A DNA stretch of 54,125 nt from a virus (lineage: Duplodnaviria; Caudoviricetes), in the IMG/VR virus record IMGVR_UViG_3300021373_002388, positions 1-54,125 of that record; one strand, written 5' to 3'. This document shows, piece after piece, positions 10,395 to 19,914 of the stretch (its first letter is position 1; each line of letters starts with the position of its first letter). The notes under the pieces were generated by a model. The model ran no database searches and had not been told where the DNA came from. It was given only the letters and a program-made list of their open reading frames with translations. The position numbers and the translations under genes are program-made.

Positions 10395-10592
10395 ATGACT
10401 AATCGACGATATAACCAAAACACCCGCATTCTAACATTCCTGAATTCAGGCCGAACCCTGTCAGCCCCGCAAGCGGCTCGATTATTCGGTGCTCAATCAC
10501 TGAGCAAGCGAATCAGCGAACTTCGTGCTGAAGGTGTTGCGATTGAAACTACTACCAATCGTAGCGGGTACACTGCTTACCGACTGTCTTAA
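10395..10592 (+). CDS. Small winged-helix/HTH DNA-binding protein
   Basis: TLSAPQAARLFG..SLSKRISELRAEG..I pattern; AAGGAG RBS. Confidence 0.7.
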   Translation: MTNRRYNQNTRILTFLNSGRTLSAPQAARLFGAQSLSKRISELRAEGVAIETTTNRSGYTAYRLS

Positions 10593-10602
10593 GCAGCATG
10601 GT

Positions 10603-10633
10603 ATGGGCTCCACCTACGGGCCCATTCTTTCTT
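10603..10633 (+). terminator. Probable intrinsic terminator
   Basis: ATGGGCTC/GGGCCCAT stem followed by TCTTTCTT. Confidence 0.5.
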
Positions 10634-10651
10634 CCCAAATAGGTATCAAAA

Positions 10652-11143
10652 ATGGCAAATGATGTTGTAACTACTATCCGTGTGATCGGCTCAGAAGAAG
10701 CCACGGACGAATTTCGATTCTGGTTTACTGCTTTTCATGACAATCAAGAGGGTGTTGAATGCATGGAGTTTATGCCTCCATGGGACGAAGAGGACTACCC
10801 CAGTAAAGAGTGGATGAAGGATTGTGTAGGTTCAGACAACACGTTGGTAACCTATGTTAGTACGGGAAATGTTGACAGTGCCATTACATATATCCGAAGT
10901 ACTTGGTCACATGTTGTCCCATTCGCAGGATTGCTTGGGCACCATCTAAGAAACTTTGATGAAAATGTCAGGTTGGAAGTGACCTATGTTGACGAAATGA
11001 TGAATTTTGCTGGTTCTGGTAATTGGCATAAAGGTAAATGGAGCCTCACAGAAAAGGATGCATTCTTTTGGAGTGACTTTAGTGAAGAAGAAATTGACCA
11101 CCTGTTGGAAGTTTGGTTGGTTAGGAAGAAAGTATGTCTTTAA
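10652..11143 (+). CDS. Hypothetical protein (YubB/Api92 ferredoxin-like fold possible)
   Basis: MAN...I, STWS, YVDE..NFAG pattern. Confidence 0.45.
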   Translation: MANDVVTTIRVIGSEEATDEFRFWFTAFHDNQEGVECMEFMPPWDEEDYPSKEWMKDCVGSDNTLVTYVSTGNVDSAITYIRSTWSHVVPFAGLLGHHLRNFDENVRLEVTYVDEMMNFAGSGNWHKGKWSLTEKDAFFWSDFSEEEIDHLLEVWLVRKKVCL

Positions 11144-11481
11144 AATTGGTGGCATCCACTAAAGTATTCCAAAATATTGGCAGTTTGGATATGCCAATGT
11201 GGAAATGTGTTGACGGAAAAGAGTACATTGTTGGCTATTTTGATGAAGAACCAACGTGGAAAGAGGCTGGTGAGGTTATAAATAAGTTCATTCACTACTT
11301 GGAGGGTAACTTATCTATTGACACCAAAGAAATTTACAGTGGTTTTGATCTTTACGAGAAAGGCAAAATGACACATTGTGAATTTTTCCAGTTGGACAGC
11401 AGTGGAGTAATTGACTTCCCAGCTAAAGACTTGACTGAGATAGACGTTACAGACGTACTTAATGGACTCCAAGGAATATAG
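11134..11481 (+). CDS. Hypothetical protein
   Basis: Overlapping ORF in operon. Confidence 0.6.
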   Translation: MSLKLVASTKVFQNIGSLDMPMWKCVDGKEYIVGYFDEEPTWKEAGEVINKFIHYLEGNLSIDTKEIYSGFDLYEKGKMTHCEFFQLDSSGVIDFPAKDLTEIDVTDVLNGLQGI

Positions 11482-12187
11482 ACTCACAATAGGCTACACC
11501 TACTACGACGAACCCGAATTACTGAAGAACCAGTTAGAACACTGGCTTCGATACCCACCTGAGATTCAGATCATACTCGTTGATGATGGGTCTCAAAAAT
11601 ACCCCGCATATGAATTTTTAAAAGACTTGGATATTACAAACCTTCAGCTATGGGAAGTAGATGAGGATTTGGGATTCAACAGCCACGGCTGTAGAAATCT
11701 TATAGCTAGAATAGCCCCCACAGATTTTGTCCTGTTCATGGACATAGACTGCCTCATTTCACCCGATCAGGTTGCGTATTTAAAACGCATCAGATTGAAC
11801 CGGGACAAAATGTATCGGTTTGCATTATTAAACACCACCAATGACAAATATGACCCGTGGCCCGGACACCCAAATGTATTCCTAGTAAACAGGGATAAAT
11901 ATTGGGAGGCTGGTGGCTATGATGAATCTTTCACCGGCTGGCATAAGGGAGACAGAGAGTTCCACAGGCGATTAGAGAAGGTTGTTTTACCATCTAAGCT
12001 AACCAATAGTTTAGGAATTACTGTTGTCAGGGGAGGTCGTAGGGCTGTTTTAGACGAATCCCTAGACCGGATTGTATATGACGATGATGCCATGTTGATC
12101 AGATTGCCTGCACCCCCACCAAGCGAAAAAGATTTGGTGGGTACCGTTAAGGAAAAGATTAATTTTTCCTACACTAGAAAGTTATAA
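11462..12187 (+). CDS. Glycosyltransferase family 2 (GT-A fold)
   Basis: IILVDDGS, CRN, DxD motif FMDID, GGYDESFTGW. Confidence 0.85.
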   Translation: MDSKEYRLTIGYTYYDEPELLKNQLEHWLRYPPEIQIILVDDGSQKYPAYEFLKDLDITNLQLWEVDEDLGFNSHGCRNLIARIAPTDFVLFMDIDCLISPDQVAYLKRIRLNRDKMYRFALLNTTNDKYDPWPGHPNVFLVNRDKYWEAGGYDESFTGWHKGDREFHRRLEKVVLPSKLTNSLGITVVRGGRRAVLDESLDRIVYDDDAMLIRLPAPPPSEKDLVGTVKEKINFSYTRKL

Positions 12188-12190
12188 ATA
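12183..12190 (+). promoter_or_regulatory. T4-type late promoter TATAAATA
   Basis: Exact consensus directly upstream of endolysin. Confidence 0.7.
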
Positions 12191-12195
12191 GGAAT

Positions 12196-12669
12196 ATGAC
12201 CATGAGATTAAGCGAAAATTTTACATTAGCCGAGTTTACAAAATCAGATACTGCGATTCGTTTGGTTTTGGATAATAACCCAACGGACGAACATCTAGAA
12301 AACATACAGCATCTGGTTGATACTATCTGCCAGCCGGTCAGAGACCATTATGGTAAGGCAGTTCGGGTGACTTCTGGTTATCGTTCAGGCCCCCTCAACC
12401 GAGCTATAGGTGGGTCGAAAAACTCACAGCACAGCAAGGGTGAGGCAGTTGATTTCGAGATATCAGGAATTGACAATAAAGAGCTTGCGAAGTGGATTGT
12501 GGAGAACTGTGAATTTGACCAGTTGATTCTGGAATTCTATGACCCGGAAGTTGGTGGTAATAGTGGTTGGGTCCACGTATCTGTTAAGAAGGGTGGTGGC
12601 AACCGTAAGTCTGTGCTACGAGCATTTAAGCGAAGTGGTAGAACTGTTTATGAAAAAATTGAACTATAG
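12196..12669 (+). CDS. Endolysin, peptidase M15A family
   Basis: LSENFTLAEF, TSGYRS, SQHSKGEAVD, FDQLILE, WVHVS. Confidence 0.9.
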   Translation: MTMRLSENFTLAEFTKSDTAIRLVLDNNPTDEHLENIQHLVDTICQPVRDHYGKAVRVTSGYRSGPLNRAIGGSKNSQHSKGEAVDFEISGIDNKELAKWIVENCEFDQLILEFYDPEVGGNSGWVHVSVKKGGGNRKSVLRAFKRSGRTVYEKIEL

Positions 12670-12678
12670 GAATTGGTG

Positions 12679-13092
12679 ATGGGTAAATTATCTTTTGTGC
12701 TTTTTTTGGTCACTGTTATGATGGGTGTTGCTGGTAGGATGTATTATACCAGTACACAGGAAACCATTATGGGATTGAACCAGAACATTGCAACATTGCA
12801 GGCCAACGTACTACAGGTTGAACAGGCACTGGAAACCAGTAATGAAACTATTCAGCGGCAACAAGAAGAGGCTGAACAGGTAGCTGAAGCAAACGCCCTT
12901 TTACGAGAGCGACTTGAGCAATCAGAGACCTATAAGAACGAGTTAGCCGGTAAACTATCTCGACACAATCTGACTCAGTTGACGTTACAGCGTCCGGGCA
13001 GAATCGAAACTATTGTCAACGAAGCGACAGAGAGTATATTTGATGAACTTGAGAATCTTACTGGCAAGCCTGCTGATATTAGTCCTGAGTAG
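12679..13092 (+). CDS. Inner-membrane spanin (Rz-like)
   Basis: N-terminal TM then long coiled coil; follows endolysin and overlaps a lipoprotein gene. Confidence 0.7.
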   Translation: MGKLSFVLFLVTVMMGVAGRMYYTSTQETIMGLNQNIATLQANVLQVEQALETSNETIQRQQEEAEQVAEANALLRERLEQSETYKNELAGKLSRHNLTQLTLQRPGRIETIVNEATESIFDELENLTGKPADISPE

Positions 13093-13405
13093 TTGTGCTA
13101 CTAGGGTACCACCAGAACCGGTGGTTATAACAGAAACGGAATACGTGTTCAGGGAAATCCCACTACAGGATAGACCACCACCCGTTAGTCTGTTGGATAT
13201 AAATTTTTACGCAGTCACCAGAGAAAATCTAGACGAGTTTCTAGAACGATTTGAAAACGAGAATGGAGTGGTTGCATTTTTTGCTTTGAGTGTACCAGAT
13301 TACGAAGACATATCTTTGAATGTGGCAGAACTGAAGCGATACATAGAATCACAGGAAGCGATCATCCTGTATTACGAAGAGAATATTAACAGCCCAGAAG
13401 AATAA
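13043..13405 (+). CDS. Outer-membrane lipoprotein spanin (Rz1-like)
   Basis: Signal MNLRILLASLLILVLSS-C lipobox, Pro-rich; overlaps 3' end of i-spanin. Confidence 0.75.
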   Translation: MNLRILLASLLILVLSSCATRVPPEPVVITETEYVFREIPLQDRPPPVSLLDINFYAVTRENLDEFLERFENENGVVAFFALSVPDYEDISLNVAELKRYIESQEAIILYYEENINSPEE

Positions 13406-13407
13406 AA

Positions 13408-14265
13408 ATGAAATCATTTAAAGAATACTTCGATGAGAGTCTTAAAGATTGGTTTGGTAAAGGTCCAAAGGGAGATTGGGTCAGAATGGACACCAAAGGA
13501 AAAATTAAAGGTCCATGTGCAAGAGAAGAAGGTGAGGGTAAGCCTAAATGCCTGCCACGATCAAAGGCTCAGTCTATGTCAAAGAAAGACAGAGCCTCAG
13601 CAGCTAGGAGAAAGCGTAGAGAAGACCCTGTAGCTGATAGATCAGGCAAGGGTGGAAAGCCCATAATGGTAAAAACCAAGAAAGAAGAAGTGGATAAAAC
13701 GGTTCTGAAGAAGCGTAAAAAAGCGAACGACGAGGCACAAAAATCACTCAAGGACCCAAGTCACAATCCTCCTTGGGCCAGTTCTAAATCAAGTGCAAGC
13801 TCTTTTCAGAGAGAAGAGGTCAAATATATTATGGAAAAGGCTAAGCCAACAAAGCCAGCACTGTGGAATAGGGCAAAGGCGGCTGCTCGTGCTAAATTCG
13901 ATGTTTACCCCTCAGCTTATGCGAACGGTTGGGCTGTTCGTTGGTACAAGAAGCGTGGTGGTGGTTGGAAGACTATTAAAGAAGAGAAAGACTCTCGACT
14001 TAAGTCTGCTGGTGTTTCCGGTTTCAACAAACCAAAAAGAACACCTAGTCACCCTAAAAAATCCCATGTTGTTGTAGCAAAGTCCGGTGGTAAAGTGAAG
14101 ACGATTCGTTTTGGGGAGCAGGGTGCTAGTACAGCAGGCAAACCCAAGAAAGGCGAATCTGCTCGCATGAAGGCAAAGCGTAAGTCATTTAAGGCCCGCC
14201 ACGGCAAGAACATTGCCAAGGGTAAGATGAGTGCGGCATACTGGGCAGATAAGGTTAAGTGGTGA
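13408..14265 (+). CDS. Basic modular head-internal protein candidate
   Basis: MKSFKEYFDE N-terminus like T4 capsid-targeting sequence; Lys/Arg-rich modules separated by E/EE. Confidence 0.6.
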   Translation: MKSFKEYFDESLKDWFGKGPKGDWVRMDTKGKIKGPCAREEGEGKPKCLPRSKAQSMSKKDRASAARRKRREDPVADRSGKGGKPIMVKTKKEEVDKTVLKKRKKANDEAQKSLKDPSHNPPWASSKSSASSFQREEVKYIMEKAKPTKPALWNRAKAAARAKFDVYPSAYANGWAVRWYKKRGGGWKTIKEEKDSRLKSAGVSGFNKPKRTPSHPKKSHVVVAKSGGKVKTIRFGEQGASTAGKPKKGESARMKAKRKSFKARHGKNIAKGKMSAAYWADKVKW

Positions 14266-14269
14266 TCCT

Positions 14270-14419
14270 ATGTCTGAAGAACATGATCCCAATAAAGTAA
14301 CTGTAGACACGGCATATAAAACCAGATGGATTTGGTATCATACAATACTTGCATTAGAACTTGCTATGACAAATGTTTTGATGATAGGTATATTAGTTGT
14401 TCTCTGCATAAAACTATAA
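14270..14419 (+). CDS. Small membrane protein
   Basis: MSEEHDP... with C-terminal hydrophobic helix. Confidence 0.5.
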   Translation: MSEEHDPNKVTVDTAYKTRWIWYHTILALELAMTNVLMIGILVVLCIKL

Positions 14420-14431
14420 AGAAGGCTAAAC

Positions 14432-15577
14432 ATGAAATCATTTAAAGAACACGCAGAGCTTGATGAAGGCGCACTAGCAGACAAGATACGAAAGGCTAAG
14501 GTTCTCAATAAGAGAAACTATAAGCTGGCGGCTAGTGAACTTCAGAAACGCATGAAGAAAGACCCTAGTAAAACTAGACAGTCCCACGCACATGATGTTG
14601 CTCAATATGTTAAAAATATTGATGCTAAGAAACTGGCTGCAGAAGAGGTGAGCCCCCCGAAAAACAATTTCGTAGCCAAGCATGCTAAAAAATACAACAA
14701 GGCTGCTGTTCACAAAGATCGAAAGAAAGATTCTAAGCGTGGTGCAATCAAGCACAAGAAACGCTTCTATGAGGGCATAGAGTACAATTCTGAAATGGGT
14801 ATAATGGATTGGGGAACTGCTGCAGGAACCCGATACATGAAGAGCAACACCCCCGGTGAATCAACACAACCAAATGCATGTCCAGAGTGTGGTTGTCGTT
14901 GTGGTCAAATTCCCTGTACGTCTTGTGGTACCAGCATCAGTAAAATGAAAGAATCTGCTGCTGAGACTCGCCCAGAATACAAAGACATGAATATGGACAT
15001 TGCACCAGAGGCTGGCATCATCCCTTTGACTGATACTGATGTTCGTGAACTAGAAAACCAAGCAGATCATTTTTCTTGGCAAACGGCATTAGACATGGAC
15101 CTGTATGACGAAGATGAGTTAGAGTCAGATTGGGATTCCACGGTTCCAGACGATGAGGTTCAGATCACAGAGGTTTTGTCTGTACAGGGTCGTTTGAAGC
15201 GTAGGTTTGCAGCCAGAAAAAATAAGCAGAAGCTTAGGGTTGCCCGTAATATCTCATTAAGGCGTGGGTCTACCCCAGATCGACTCAAGAAACGTGCTAC
15301 CCGTGGTGCCCGTGGGCTTGTATATAAGAGGCTTTTGAGAGGTCGCAATAAGTCCACAATGCCACCAGCAGAAAAGGCTCGTTTGGAGAGAATGCTTCAG
15401 CTTTACGCCCCTCTAGTAAGCAGACTGTCAGTCAGGCTACTTCCAAACATGCGTAAAATGGAAATCAGTCGCATGAAGAATCGGAGGGCTAAACCGGCAG
15501 CAAAGTCGAAGAAGTATAAGCCAGCGAGACCAGTTGGAAAGAAACAAACTTCTAAAAAGTTTAAAGTTAAGAAGTAA
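14432..15577 (+). CDS. Basic modular head-internal protein candidate
   Basis: MKSFKEHAELDE N-terminus; CPECGCRC..PCTSC motif; Arg/Lys-rich C-terminal module. Confidence 0.6.
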   Translation: MKSFKEHAELDEGALADKIRKAKVLNKRNYKLAASELQKRMKKDPSKTRQSHAHDVAQYVKNIDAKKLAAEEVSPPKNNFVAKHAKKYNKAAVHKDRKKDSKRGAIKHKKRFYEGIEYNSEMGIMDWGTAAGTRYMKSNTPGESTQPNACPECGCRCGQIPCTSCGTSISKMKESAAETRPEYKDMNMDIAPEAGIIPLTDTDVRELENQADHFSWQTALDMDLYDEDELESDWDSTVPDDEVQITEVLSVQGRLKRRFAARKNKQKLRVARNISLRRGSTPDRLKKRATRGARGLVYKRLLRGRNKSTMPPAEKARLERMLQLYAPLVSRLSVRLLPNMRKMEISRMKNRRAKPAAKSKKYKPARPVGKKQTSKKFKVKK

Positions 15578-15581
15578 AAGG

Positions 15582-15606
15582 AACCCGGTTAATACCGGGT
15601 TTTTTA
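15582..15606 (+). terminator. Intrinsic terminator
   Basis: AACCCGGT-TAAT-ACCGGGTT perfect stem plus T run. Confidence 0.85.
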
Positions 15607-15630
15607 TATCCCTCTGTAAAATTCCCCTAT

Positions 15631-15638
15631 TATAAATA
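15631..15638 (+). promoter_or_regulatory. T4-type late promoter TATAAATA
   Basis: Exact consensus 5 nt before ATG 15644. Confidence 0.7.
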
Positions 15639-15643
15639 CCTAT

Positions 15644-16969
15644 ATGAACAAAGCAGAACGGCAAAGATTAGACCAATTGGTTCGACAGGGCATTATTCCT
15701 GTTGAAAAACAGAACATTTTGATGAAAGCCATGGCTTCTCTCTATAACGGTTCTCAGCTAGCACCAGTGGAAAGGGATGTTCTTTCAAAGTACATGCATA
15801 ATATGACGGACATTATTTTGAAAGATACGACTGTGTTTAATCGAGCCAAATTACACACACAAAAAACTAGATATAGAACGGAGGAAAATACCGTGGAAGA
15901 TGTTGAAGAAAATGTAAAAGTTCTTGACGGTCCTGAAGAATTAGAGCGATTCAGAAAAGGTGAAGAGGAAAAGGCAAAGAAGAAGACTAAAGGTGCTCGT
16001 GTAAAATTCCGTAATTTGCCCCCTGAGTTGCGTAAAGAAAAGATGAAGGCTGGTTTGGGTGAGGATGTTGAGGATATTTTAGACTTCAACGAAGACTATT
16101 CACAACGAATCCAATTGGCATTGGAGTATTACGGCTTTGAAAGTATCCGTGATCTACCAGAAGAATTGAAGTCAGAATTTTTCCAAGTTGTTGATGAAGC
16201 TGCTCATATCACAGATCAGGATTTCGAAGACCTAGAAGAAAGTGAAAATGTTGATGAGGCAAGATTATCACCACATGTTGCTAGGCGCGTAGTCAAAAGC
16301 ACCCGTAACATGACACCGAAAAGTAAAAGAGTTGTTAAAGATTTTGTTGACGGGGTTCAACAATCAGGTCGTAAAAAGAAACTAAACATGCCAGAAGAAG
16401 TCGAGCAAACTGATGAAGCTTACGATAATGACGGTAAGCAGGTTCGTTCAATGGACCGACCCAACTATGTTAGCAAAGACCCTAGCCAAAGCAAACGTCG
16501 AGCACGATTTGCGGCTAAAGTAAAGGCGAAAGCACGTAAACAAATGTATCGAGAAGATGTCAAGCCTGCTGAAGACGTTGAAGAAGCCATGACTCCCGAA
16601 GCGAAAGCCAAGCGTCTTGAAGTTATTAAGAAGGCAGTGGCTAAGGTTCAAAACGGAAACAATGCTGCTTCAGCCGCTGCTCGAAAAGATGCCAAGCGAG
16701 ACATGAACAATGAAGAAATGTCTCCAGAGTTTAAGAAGAAGCGATTAGAAACAATTAAGAAGGCAGTAGACAAGGTTCAAAACGGCAACAATGCCGCAGC
16801 CACTGCCGCTCGAAAAGATGCCAAGCGAGATATTAAAAACGAAGAGAATGAAGCAGAGCGTCAAGCGCAACTACAAGAGCTTCGTACCATGATTAAAGAG
16901 GGTAATAACAAGCTGGGTGCATACAAACTTTTATCACAAATACTAAATAAAGAAACAGGAGAACAATAA
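15644..16969 (+). CDS. Charged modular head/scaffold-associated protein candidate
   Basis: Many xEE/xDE-delimited modules; internal 43-aa duplication; late promoter. Confidence 0.6.
   Translation: MNKAERQRLDQLVRQGIIPVEKQNILMKAMASLYNGSQLAPVERDVLSKYMHNMTDIILKDTTVFNRAKLHTQKTRYRTEENTVEDVEENVKVLDGPEELERFRKGEEEKAKKKTKGARVKFRNLPPELRKEKMKAGLGEDVEDILDFNEDYSQRIQLALEYYGFESIRDLPEELKSEFFQVVDEAAHITDQDFEDLEESENVDEARLSPHVARRVVKSTRNMTPKSKRVVKDFVDGVQQSGRKKKLNMPEEVEQTDEAYDNDGKQVRSMDRPNYVSKDPSQSKRRARFAAKVKAKARKQMYREDVKPAEDVEEAMTPEAKAKRLEVIKKAVAKVQNGNNAASAAARKDAKRDMNNEEMSPEFKKKRLETIKKAVDKVQNGNNAAATAARKDAKRDIKNEENEAERQAQLQELRTMIKEGNNKLGAYKLLSQILNKETGEQ
16589..16846 (+). repeat. Tandem 129-bp (43-aa) intragenic duplication
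   Basis: MTPEAKAKRLEVIKKAVAKVQNGNNAA... and MSPEFKKKRLETIKKAVDKVQNGNNAA...; identical DNA blocks 129 bp apart. Confidence 0.9.
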
Positions 16970-18522
16970 TGGCCGTATGGGGAAAGGCAGACGATAAAAC
17001 AGCAACCGGTACGGTAGCACTAACCGAACCGACAGCAACCTTTGATGGTGCTTCGGACGTAGATGCTAACACCATTACTATAACCGCTCACCCGTTTCGA
17101 GTTGGTGATAAGGTTAATTATGTAGATGGTGGTGGTACACAGGTTGTAGGATTGGTTGACACTAGCGATTACTACATCACTAATGTCACAACAAACACAG
17201 TACAGTTGGCAGCAACCGAACATGACGCTCGTCACAACGTAGCAAACGTTATTACACTAGCAGATGGTGTTGGTGCAGCCCACGCACTTACATTGGCTTT
17301 TGACGTTTCTACTCGCGGCATCCTAACCGGTGCTGGTGGTGCAGACTTTACAGCAGAAGCTGCTGTTGGTGATGTTGTTGATGTTTCTGGACAGTCAATG
17401 GTAATTCTTTCTATTGAAAGCGCAACTGGCGCAACTGTAGAGAATCTTGACCGAGAGACCGCACTTGTTGCATTTGGCGCAACCGCATACACACTGAGCG
17501 AAAAGCCAGTGTCCATCGGTGCAGATTCAAACATCAGCGCATCTGAAGTTTTCGGTGTTGATAACACTGAACTTTCTGCTGGTGACGATAATGTTGTATC
17601 TATCGGCGTACAAGAAGCGGGTACAGGTTATCTTGAAGTTCCTGCTGTTACTATTACTGGTGGTGGTGGCTCTAGTGCTGCTGCAACCGCTTCTATTGCC
17701 GGTGGTGTGGTAACTGGAATTACTGTTACTAATGTTGGTTCAGGATATACTTCTGACCCCACAGTAGCAATTGACCTTCCGTTCATCACAATTCCACAGG
17801 CGAACGTAACAATTGCAGATACTGACACTATTGCATATACTGGTCACGGTCTTTCAGTGGCTGACGAAGTTAAATACCAAGACGGTGGTGGTGCTGCCCT
17901 TGCTGGTCTGGTTGATGACACTTCTTATTTTGTTTCTGGTGTTGGTCTAACCACTGATGATTTTCGTTTGGCAACTTCTGCTGTTCTTGCAGCAGGTGAA
18001 GCTGTACCAACCGCAACAATTACTGACACCGCTGGTGCGTTTGGAATCGCAACCTCTGATGGCAATCTTGCTGTCGGTGATCGCGTAGTCATTACCGGTA
18101 CACTGACTGGAACTGCTACAATTACTGGATATGTTGATGGAAACATCTATGAAGTATCTGCAGTAACTGGTGCTGCTCCTGCCAATACAGCCTTTACTCT
18201 TACAGATGAGGACGGTACTGCTTTGGTAACTACTGCAGGAACCCTTGAGGGTCTTACTCTGACTGGATACACCATTATCGATCTAACTGGTACTGGTAAC
18301 GATGCTCAGATTTTTGAGAAAATCGGTGAGACTGCTGCTACAGCAATCGCCGGTCGTGGTGCTGGTGCAACTTCTGGTGGTCCCGCACACTCCGGTTGGG
18401 TTAAGAAGACCGAGGGTGTTGGACAACGAGCAGGCCGGGTCCAATATGAAGTACTAGTGGCTTTGTCTAAGAATGGTATCACTGGCGATGCTGCCGATGA
18501 TATTCCGTTCCCTGACGCCTAA
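16969..18522 (+). CDS. Virion structural protein (Gly/Thr/Ala-rich, fibre/decoration-like)
   Basis: MAVWG N-terminus and HSGWV...GRVQYEVLVA C-terminus typical of aquatic T4-like virion proteins; two internal beta-rich repeats. Confidence 0.7.
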   Translation: MAVWGKADDKTATGTVALTEPTATFDGASDVDANTITITAHPFRVGDKVNYVDGGGTQVVGLVDTSDYYITNVTTNTVQLAATEHDARHNVANVITLADGVGAAHALTLAFDVSTRGILTGAGGADFTAEAAVGDVVDVSGQSMVILSIESATGATVENLDRETALVAFGATAYTLSEKPVSIGADSNISASEVFGVDNTELSAGDDNVVSIGVQEAGTGYLEVPAVTITGGGGSSAAATASIAGGVVTGITVTNVGSGYTSDPTVAIDLPFITIPQANVTIADTDTIAYTGHGLSVADEVKYQDGGGAALAGLVDDTSYFVSGVGLTTDDFRLATSAVLAAGEAVPTATITDTAGAFGIATSDGNLAVGDRVVITGTLTGTATITGYVDGNIYEVSAVTGAAPANTAFTLTDEDGTALVTTAGTLEGLTLTGYTIIDLTGTGNDAQIFEKIGETAATAIAGRGAGATSGGPAHSGWVKKTEGVGQRAGRVQYEVLVALSKNGITGDAADDIPFPDA

Positions 18523-18552
18523 TAAATACTTTTAAATTATTAGGAGTATTTA

Positions 18553-18993
18553 ATGGCTGATTCAAAACTTTCAGAACTTACGGCTGCAACTTCTGCAGCC
18601 GTTTCTGATGTCCTTTATCTGGTCCAATCTGGCGTGAGCAAGAGAATCACTGCTGGCAATCTTTTTGCCAACATAGACTTTCCTGCTATTTTTAAAGATT
18701 TGGTACAGATTCAAGATGAAAATGAAATGACATCAATCGGCGCGATTGATATTACAACCAACATTACCAAAATCAATGACCCGGACCAAGCTGGTGCGCT
18801 AACAATTGCTTCTGGTGCTGATGGGCAGATGAAGTTTATAATCATGACCAGTAATACTGGTGCCCACACGTTAACACTCTCGGGCTCTGGTGTTGAAGGT
18901 AGTATTGCATTTGACTCAGCAGGTGACACTGCAACATTGATGTATACTGGTACTAAATGGTACATGGTTGGAGGTACTGCAACCATTACATAA
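18553..18993 (+). CDS. Virion structural protein (fibre-associated)
   Basis: MADSKLSELTAA N-terminus, beta-rich, ends LMYTGTKWY; AATAAATA upstream. Confidence 0.6.
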   Translation: MADSKLSELTAATSAAVSDVLYLVQSGVSKRITAGNLFANIDFPAIFKDLVQIQDENEMTSIGAIDITTNITKINDPDQAGALTIASGADGQMKFIIMTSNTGAHTLTLSGSGVEGSIAFDSAGDTATLMYTGTKWYMVGGTATIT

Positions 18994-19003
18994 GGATTAG
19001 TAT

Positions 19004-19381
19004 ATGATTGAGTTGAATGAAGAAAACTTTTACATTTATGCAGTAAAGCACTACTACAACCCCGGCTCCATGGGGGTAACAGATTTAGAAGAAGACCTGA
19101 ATCGTTTGAAGTACATAAAACGACTCCTGAATAGATATCACAAAACAGGAGAAGTGAACGAAAGGCTGGTTTTAAATCATCTTGTAGTTCTTTATAATGT
19201 ATTTGACGAAGCAGCCACTGATATGTTGTTTTATAAACTTGGTCAAGAGTATTGGTCAGACCTTAAAACCTATCTAGTGTTTTTACACAGAATGCCCTTA
19301 CAAACAATTGTGAGTGAGGGTATAAAACAAACTGATATACCTTTAAACGAAGAATTAATAGAGATACTGAGAAGCCTATAA
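19004..19381 (+). CDS. Conserved T4-like hypothetical protein
   Basis: ELNEENF..YA.KHY.NP, KYIKRLL, ERLVLNH..VLYNVF. Confidence 0.7.
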   Translation: MIELNEENFYIYAVKHYYNPGSMGVTDLEEDLNRLKYIKRLLNRYHKTGEVNERLVLNHLVVLYNVFDEAATDMLFYKLGQEYWSDLKTYLVFLHRMPLQTIVSEGIKQTDIPLNEELIEILRSL

Positions 19382-19914
19382 TGTCAAGATTAGCAGATGG
19401 ATATGTAACACTGAGAATTCTTAAGCTTCTCGCCACTCCTATTAAAAAAACCAAGGCGTATGAGCTTGGTATTGTTGATGCTGATGGAACAAAGATTAAG
19501 AACCCCATTACATCAACCGAGAAAGATGCCTACTCAATGCTACAGCGTTTCGTTTTTAAGGTACAAAAGGCACTGACAAAATCTCCAGATCGCAATGCAA
19601 AAAGGCTCTTGACAGTTGCTGCTGCATTGAGTATACTTAGAGAGAATGAGGACGTTTTGTCTTTGTCAGAAGAAGAATTCGATTCTCAACTGGCCTTGTT
19701 CGAAGGTTTTGATCAGGTAAAAACTCAAGCGAGTCTTCTGGAACTTGACATGTTGTCCTTCAAGACCTATTCAGAGGAAGTGGCTGCAAATGCTGTTGGT
19801 GGGGGTGGTATCGATGGGATTGGAATTGGTCCCAAAGGTGAGCCCGGTAGAGACCCAGTAATGATGCCCATGGTCCGAAGGCGCAAGAAAAAGAAGAAGA
19901 AAAATGTCCGATAA
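19381..19914 (+). CDS. Conserved T4-like hypothetical protein
   Basis: LLATP..KT.AY.LGIVD.DG motif; internal LSFKTYSEE and basic tail. Confidence 0.7.
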   Translation: MSRLADGYVTLRILKLLATPIKKTKAYELGIVDADGTKIKNPITSTEKDAYSMLQRFVFKVQKALTKSPDRNAKRLLTVAAALSILRENEDVLSLSEEEFDSQLALFEGFDQVKTQASLLELDMLSFKTYSEEVAANAVGGGGIDGIGIGPKGEPGRDPVMMPMVRRRKKKKKKNVR

